64,000 nucleotides of DNA, from contig JAYWGN010000054.1 of assembly GCA_043778255.1 (NCBI GenBank), forward strand, positions 73,613 to 137,612, in the 5' to 3' direction. Position 1 is the stretch's first letter. Every line of letters starts with the position of its first letter. Shown in pieces: positions 59,794 through 64,000 of the stretch. The notes under the pieces were generated by a model that saw nothing but the letters and a program-made list of their open reading frames with translations, was not told the origin of the DNA and did no database searches. Made by a program: the position numbers and the translations under genes. This DNA is from Chitinophagaceae bacterium (GTDB lineage Bacteria > Bacteroidota > Bacteroidia > Chitinophagales > Chitinophagaceae).

Positions 59794-60008
59794 TAAATAA
59801 GGTTTAACTTTTTTATTTCAAAATATCTATTTTAATACCGTATGGACAGTATTGGCGATAGTAATTTTGGTAGTATTTGGACGACCCTAGCCCCAGTGTT
59901 ATTTTTTATTATTCACCAATAGCAAATAGGCTAAAAAATAATACACTGTATTTTTTTGTAAAAAATGTGTTAGCTTTTATAACTATTTTTGCAGCTTATA
60001 ATACTACT

Positions 60009-61229
60009 ATGAAATCGTTTGAAGTTCCCTTATTTTACAGAAGCCCACTTATAAGTGCCATAAAAAAATACCATAAAGAAAACGATAAACTCAAAAAAGA
60101 TTTTACACCCACCTTGCTCAACTTTGGTACTGTACAAATATACTTGGCTAGGCATTTTGGATTTTGCTATGGTGTGGAAAATGCCATTGAAATAGCCTTT
60201 AAAACAGTGGCTGAAAACCCAGGTAAAAATATTTTTTTGCTAAGCGAAATGATACACAACCCACAAGTAAATGCTGACTTGCAAGCCAGTGGTGTACAGT
60301 TTCTGCAAGATACGTATGGCAATGAACTGATTAATATAGCTACCCTAACCAACAAAGATATTGTACTAATACCTGCATTTGGTACTACCATTGCTATTGA
60401 AAATAAATTGAAAGCCATAGGCATACCCATTGAAAAATATGATACTACTTGCCCCTTTGTAGAAAAAGTATGGAATCGTAGCGAAGCTATTGCACAAAAG
60501 GGTTACACGGTAGTAATACACGGCAAACCAACACACGAAGAAACAAGAGCCACATTTAGCCATAGTGCTGTACACACACCTACTGTGGTGGTAAAAGACA
60601 TGGACGAAGCAAAAATATTGGCCAAATTTATAAATGGAACTTTACCGATGGCTGCTTTTTTTGAAATGTTTACTAACCAATACAGCGAAGGGTTTGACCC
60701 TCAATTGCATTTACAAAAAATAGGTGTAGTAAACCAAACTACTATGTTAGCCGAAGATACCCAAGCTATTGCCGATTATTTAAAACAGGCTATGGCACAG
60801 CATTTTGGCGAAGCCAATATAAAAAATAACTTTGCCGATACTAGAGATACACTATGCTATGCTACTAACGATAACCAAGCAGCCGTAAAAGGACTGTTGC
60901 AAACTACTGCCGATTTGGCTATAGTAGTAGGCGGTTATAACAGTAGCAACACCTCACACTTAGTAGAACTATGCGAACTGCAATTGCCTACCTATTATAT
61001 AAGTAGTGCAAGCAAAATAATAAATGAAAATGCTATACAGCACTACAATTTTCATACTAAGCAAGAGGCTATTACCGAAAACTATTTGCCTCACCATAAC
61101 CCTACAAAAATATTGATAACTAGTGGTGCTAGCTGCCCCGATGCAATGGTGGAGCAGGTTATAGCCAAATTGCTTACCTACTATACAACCAATGTAACCT
61201 TGCAACAACTTGCCGAAGCTTACAATTAG
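60009..61229 (+). CDS. ispH: 4-hydroxy-3-methylbut-2-enyl diphosphate reductase
   Basis: Start moved to ATG 60009 (MKSFEVPLF). IspH motif ARHFGFCYGVENAIE plus additional Cys ligands. The exact start is uncertain because the N-terminal extension is long. Confidence 0.8.
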   Translation: MKSFEVPLFYRSPLISAIKKYHKENDKLKKDFTPTLLNFGTVQIYLARHFGFCYGVENAIEIAFKTVAENPGKNIFLLSEMIHNPQVNADLQASGVQFLQDTYGNELINIATLTNKDIVLIPAFGTTIAIENKLKAIGIPIEKYDTTCPFVEKVWNRSEAIAQKGYTVVIHGKPTHEETRATFSHSAVHTPTVVVKDMDEAKILAKFINGTLPMAAFFEMFTNQYSEGFDPQLHLQKIGVVNQTTMLAEDTQAIADYLKQAMAQHFGEANIKNNFADTRDTLCYATNDNQAAVKGLLQTTADLAIVVGGYNSSNTSHLVELCELQLPTYYISSASKIINENAIQHYNFHTKQEAITENYLPHHNPTKILITSGASCPDAMVEQVIAKLLTYYTTNVTLQQLAEAYN

Positions 61230-61288
61230 TATTGTATTAACAAGCCTTTACACTCAATATAATTATATTTGCACAAAAATAAAACCTA

Positions 61289-61996
61289 ATGAAATATTTA
61301 TTACTACTAACCTTAATAATAGGTGCAATAAACACATTTGCCCAAAAAACAAAAATAGCCATACAAGGTGGCATAAACCTTAATAGCATTAATTGGAAAG
61401 ATAATGACCCAACCAATACCCAATCCGATAGTTCGGATTACTCATTTACCAAAACAAGTGGTAAGCAAGGCTTTCATGTTAACTTGGTAGTGGATATACA
61501 TACCGAAGAAAATTATTATTTTGAAACGGGCATTGGTATTACAAAAAAGGGTGGAAAAACCGATGAAACTACCACCTTGCAGCCCGGTAGTGTTAACTTT
61601 AAAAGAGTACAATACTTTAGCCCAACTTATATAAGAGTGCCACTATACCTAGTGTACATGCCCGAAATAAAAAAGAAGTATAAGTTTACAGCTGGTGTTG
61701 GTGCACATATAGCATTTGGCGTTGGTGGCAAAACTGAAAAGTCGACTACTATAAATGGTGGTGCTATAAAAAAACAAAATTATAAAGCTAAGTTTGGCGT
61801 TAATAGCAGCGACGATTTTAAAAGTACAGATATTGGCGTTGGCGCCAAAATAGGATTTATAATGAGTGATAATATTTCGTTTGGGGCAAGTTACGAAAGA
61901 AGCATATTTAACAATGCACCCAAAACAATTGAGCGGACTAACAATGCTTTATTTAGCACAATTGGATTATCAATTACCAAATATATACGACGTTAA
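61289..61996 (+). CDS. Outer-membrane beta-barrel protein (porin-family)
   Basis: 235 aa; signal peptide MKYLLLLTLIIGAINTFAQ; beta-strand periodicity. Confidence 0.5.
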   Translation: MKYLLLLTLIIGAINTFAQKTKIAIQGGINLNSINWKDNDPTNTQSDSSDYSFTKTSGKQGFHVNLVVDIHTEENYYFETGIGITKKGGKTDETTTLQPGSVNFKRVQYFSPTYIRVPLYLVYMPEIKKKYKFTAGVGAHIAFGVGGKTEKSTTINGGAIKKQNYKAKFGVNSSDDFKSTDIGVGAKIGFIMSDNISFGASYERSIFNNAPKTIERTNNALFSTIGLSITKYIRR

Positions 61997-62191
61997 CAGC
62001 TTTGTAAGTAGCCAATTGTTAATAATAAAATAACCATACCAACCAAACCAAATGGTAGTTGGGCTTAGGTACTTACAATATTATATGGCTTAATGCCAAA
62101 GGATTTTCGTATATTCGCTGCAACGGGTTGCTATTTAATATAATGTAACTTGTTGATTTAACACTATTTATATAAAAAAAATAACTTACAA

Positions 62192-63754
62192 ATGGATTAT
62201 ATACTCACCATAATAATAGGTGCTGTGGCATTAATAATAGGCGTGGTAGCTGGTAAATTTATATTTGCTAAAAGCACAAAAAAAATAATAGATGATGCTG
62301 ATGCTACGGCTAATGGCATAGTAAAAGAGGCTGAATTGAAAGCCGCTAACCTTGTAAAAGAGAAAGAATTGGAGGCTAAAGAAAAATTTGTGCAACTAAA
62401 AGCAGCACATGATAGGGATGTAAATGACCGTACAAGAAAGCTTAATGAAACAGAAAATAAAGCCAAACAAAAAGAACAACAAGTAAGCCAAAAAGAACAA
62501 CAAATAGAAAAGCAAGTAAAAGAAAACGATGTAATAAAAGATAACCTTAACAAGCAATTAGTAGTAGTAGCCCAAAAGAAAACTGAGCTAGAAAAGCACC
62601 AAGAAGAACACATAAAAAAATTGGAAAAAGTAGCCGGACTTACTGCCGAAGAAGCTAAAAACCAAATAATAGAAAGCTTACGACAAGAGGCACAAACAAG
62701 GGCAATAGGTATACAGCAAGAAATAATAGATACAGCAAAGCAAAATGCAAATAAAGAGGCTCGAAAAATTATTATACAATCCATACAACGTACGGCTGCT
62801 GAGCAGGCTATTGAAAATACCATTACAGTATTTAACTTGGAAAGTGATGAAATAAAAGGACAAATAATAGGGCGAGAAGGACGTAATATAAGAGCCTTAG
62901 AAGCAGCAACAGGAGTAGATTTGGTGGTAGATGATACACCCGAAGCTATTGTACTTTCATCTTTTGATCCGCTACGAAGAGAGATAGCAAGATTAAGCCT
63001 ACAACGCTTAGTTGCCGATGGCCGAATACACCCTGCCCGTATAGAAGAGGTAGTAGAAAAAACCCGCCGACAAATAGAAGATCAAGTACTTGAAATAGGT
63101 GAACGTACCGTTATAGAATTAGGCATACATGGCCTACACAAGGACTTGGTACGTATAGTTGGTAAAATGCGATTTAGAAGTAGCTACGGACAAAACTTAC
63201 TAATGCATAGCCGTGAGGTAAGTAACTTATGTGGTATAATGGCTGCCGAATTGGGGCTTAACCCTAAGTTAGCCAAAAGGGCTGGTTTGCTACACGATAT
63301 TGGTAAAGTACCCGATGAGGAAACTGAACTAAGCCATGCTTTGTTAGGTGCAAAAATATGTGAGAAATATGGCGAAAACCCTGCCATTATAAATGCAGTG
63401 GGTGCCCACCACGATGAGATGGAAATGACCTTTGTAATAAGCCCAATAATACAGGCTTGTGATAGTATAAGTGGTGCTAGGCCAGGTGCAAGGCGAGAAA
63501 TAATGCAGCAATACATACAACGTATTAAAGACCTCGAAAACTTAGCACAAAGCTATACAGGTGTAGAAAAAGCCTATGCTATACAAGCTGGTAGAGAGTT
63601 ACGTGTAATAGTAGAAGCCGATAAAGTAACCGACGATGCTAGTGATAAACTAAGCTTTGAAATAGCTAATAAAATACAAACAGAAATGACTTACCCTGGG
63701 CAAATAAAAGTAACAGTAATACGTGAAAAACGTGCTGTTAACGTAGCCCGATAA
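62192..63754 (+). CDS. rny: Ribonuclease Y
   Basis: 520 aa; N-terminal TM, long coiled-coil, KH domain ([13 protein letters not shown]) and HD domain (HSREV...LLHDIGK...GAHHDE). Confidence 0.9.
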   Translation: MDYILTIIIGAVALIIGVVAGKFIFAKSTKKIIDDADATANGIVKEAELKAANLVKEKELEAKEKFVQLKAAHDRDVNDRTRKLNETENKAKQKEQQVSQKEQQIEKQVKENDVIKDNLNKQLVVVAQKKTELEKHQEEHIKKLEKVAGLTAEEAKNQIIESLRQEAQTRAIGIQQEIIDTAKQNANKEARKIIIQSIQRTAAEQAIENTITVFNLESDEIKGQIIGREGRNIRALEAATGVDLVVDDTPEAIVLSSFDPLRREIARLSLQRLVADGRIHPARIEEVVEKTRRQIEDQVLEIGERTVIELGIHGLHKDLVRIVGKMRFRSSYGQNLLMHSREVSNLCGIMAAELGLNPKLAKRAGLLHDIGKVPDEETELSHALLGAKICEKYGENPAIINAVGAHHDEMEMTFVISPIIQACDSISGARPGARREIMQQYIQRIKDLENLAQSYTGVEKAYAIQAGRELRVIVEADKVTDDASDKLSFEIANKIQTEMTYPGQIKVTVIREKRAVNVAR

Positions 63755-63773
63755 ACTGATAAGCTTACCTACT

Positions 63774-63811
63774 AAAGGGCTTTTTTGCAATTTGCAAAAA
63801 AGCCTTTTTTG
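63774..63811. terminator. Bidirectional intrinsic terminator between rny and a convergent gene (aaagggcttttttgcaa / ttgcaaaaaagccttttttg)
   Basis: Near-perfect 16-bp inverted repeat flanked by A-run and T-run. Confidence 0.75.
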
Positions 63812-63822
63812 TATCTTGTACT

Positions 63823-64000
63823 TTTATTATAATTAGTTTCGCTTATCAAAGCCCCAAAGTAATTTGTTGCGTAAGGTTTGTAAAAAATTATTTTCGTTAA
63901 GGCGAATTAGTTTAATGCCAAAGTCTTCTTTTTTAATGGCAATTTGTGCCTTTAAGGGTACTATTTCTCTACGGGCATCTAATGCACAAATGTACTGTTC
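63823..64000 (-). CDS. C-terminal fragment of an unidentified protein; gene runs off the window end
   Basis: Reverse-strand reading frame ...EQYICALDARREIVPLKAQIAIKKEDFGIKLIRLNENNFLQTLRNKLLWGFDKRN* with stop at 63823-63825; open to the window edge. Confidence 0.4.

Noticed and set aside
59877-60008. ORF-track start of ispH at 59877
   Set aside because: The upstream 44 codons read through the intergenic sequence with no homology; Met at 60009 is used instead (still uncertain).
62197-62823. 208-aa minus-strand ORF inside rny
   Set aside because: It lies antisense to the Lys/Glu-rich coiled-coil coding region of RNase Y, giving a Ser/Phe/Cys-rich artefact.

Overview
This is an AT-rich chromosomal segment that looks Bacteroidota-derived. 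It encodes a T9SS-type gliding adhesin with SprB repeats and a gliding-motility C-terminal domain, many signal-peptide proteins with Bacteroidetes-style N-termini, and an rpsU-xerC neighbourhood. Most of the window is housekeeping and envelope genes: rpsL/rpsG, rpsU, purL, ispD, ispH, pdxJ, queA, msrA, tsaC, ribE, selD, rny, an ABC-F ATPase, flotillin, an M1 aminopeptidase, a Wzx-like flippase, an LtaS-like sulfatase, an ArnT-like glycosyltransferase, a TonB-receptor-like outer-membrane protein, an MFS transporter with a ROK kinase, and a lone paaA. Three accessory insertions stand out. (1) At 3.9-5.6 kb there is a Type II restriction-modification pair: an M.HpaII/Dcm-like C5-methyltransferase followed by a 249-aa endonuclease candidate that overlaps it by 8 nt. 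(2) At 39.8-41.9 kb, immediately after rpsU-xerC, a second Type II pair combines an M.HaeIII-like (GGCC-family) methyltransferase with a 323-aa endonuclease candidate. (3) At 56.7-59.9 kb, between the ROK kinase and ispH, a ~3 kb islet carries an XRE regulator, a YefM-YoeB toxin-antitoxin pair, an ORF6N/KilA-N-like protein and a lipoprotein. This islet is interleaved with two families of ~31-bp repeated elements, a nested GC-rich hairpin and a ~700-bp non-coding stretch, and I consider it the most likely place for an undescribed mobile or defence module. Other unexplained structure includes a 4-copy, 42-bp tandem array with internal hairpins at 16.9-17.1 kb, a GC-rich structured ~440-bp intergenic region at 11.4-11.9 kb, a run of five C6/G6 tracts (a G-quadruplex motif) inside a CDS at ~0.9 kb, near-identical 240-bp DNA repeats inside the adhesin gene, and a 20-bp direct-repeat pair upstream of paaA. 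No rRNA, tRNA or CRISPR array was found.
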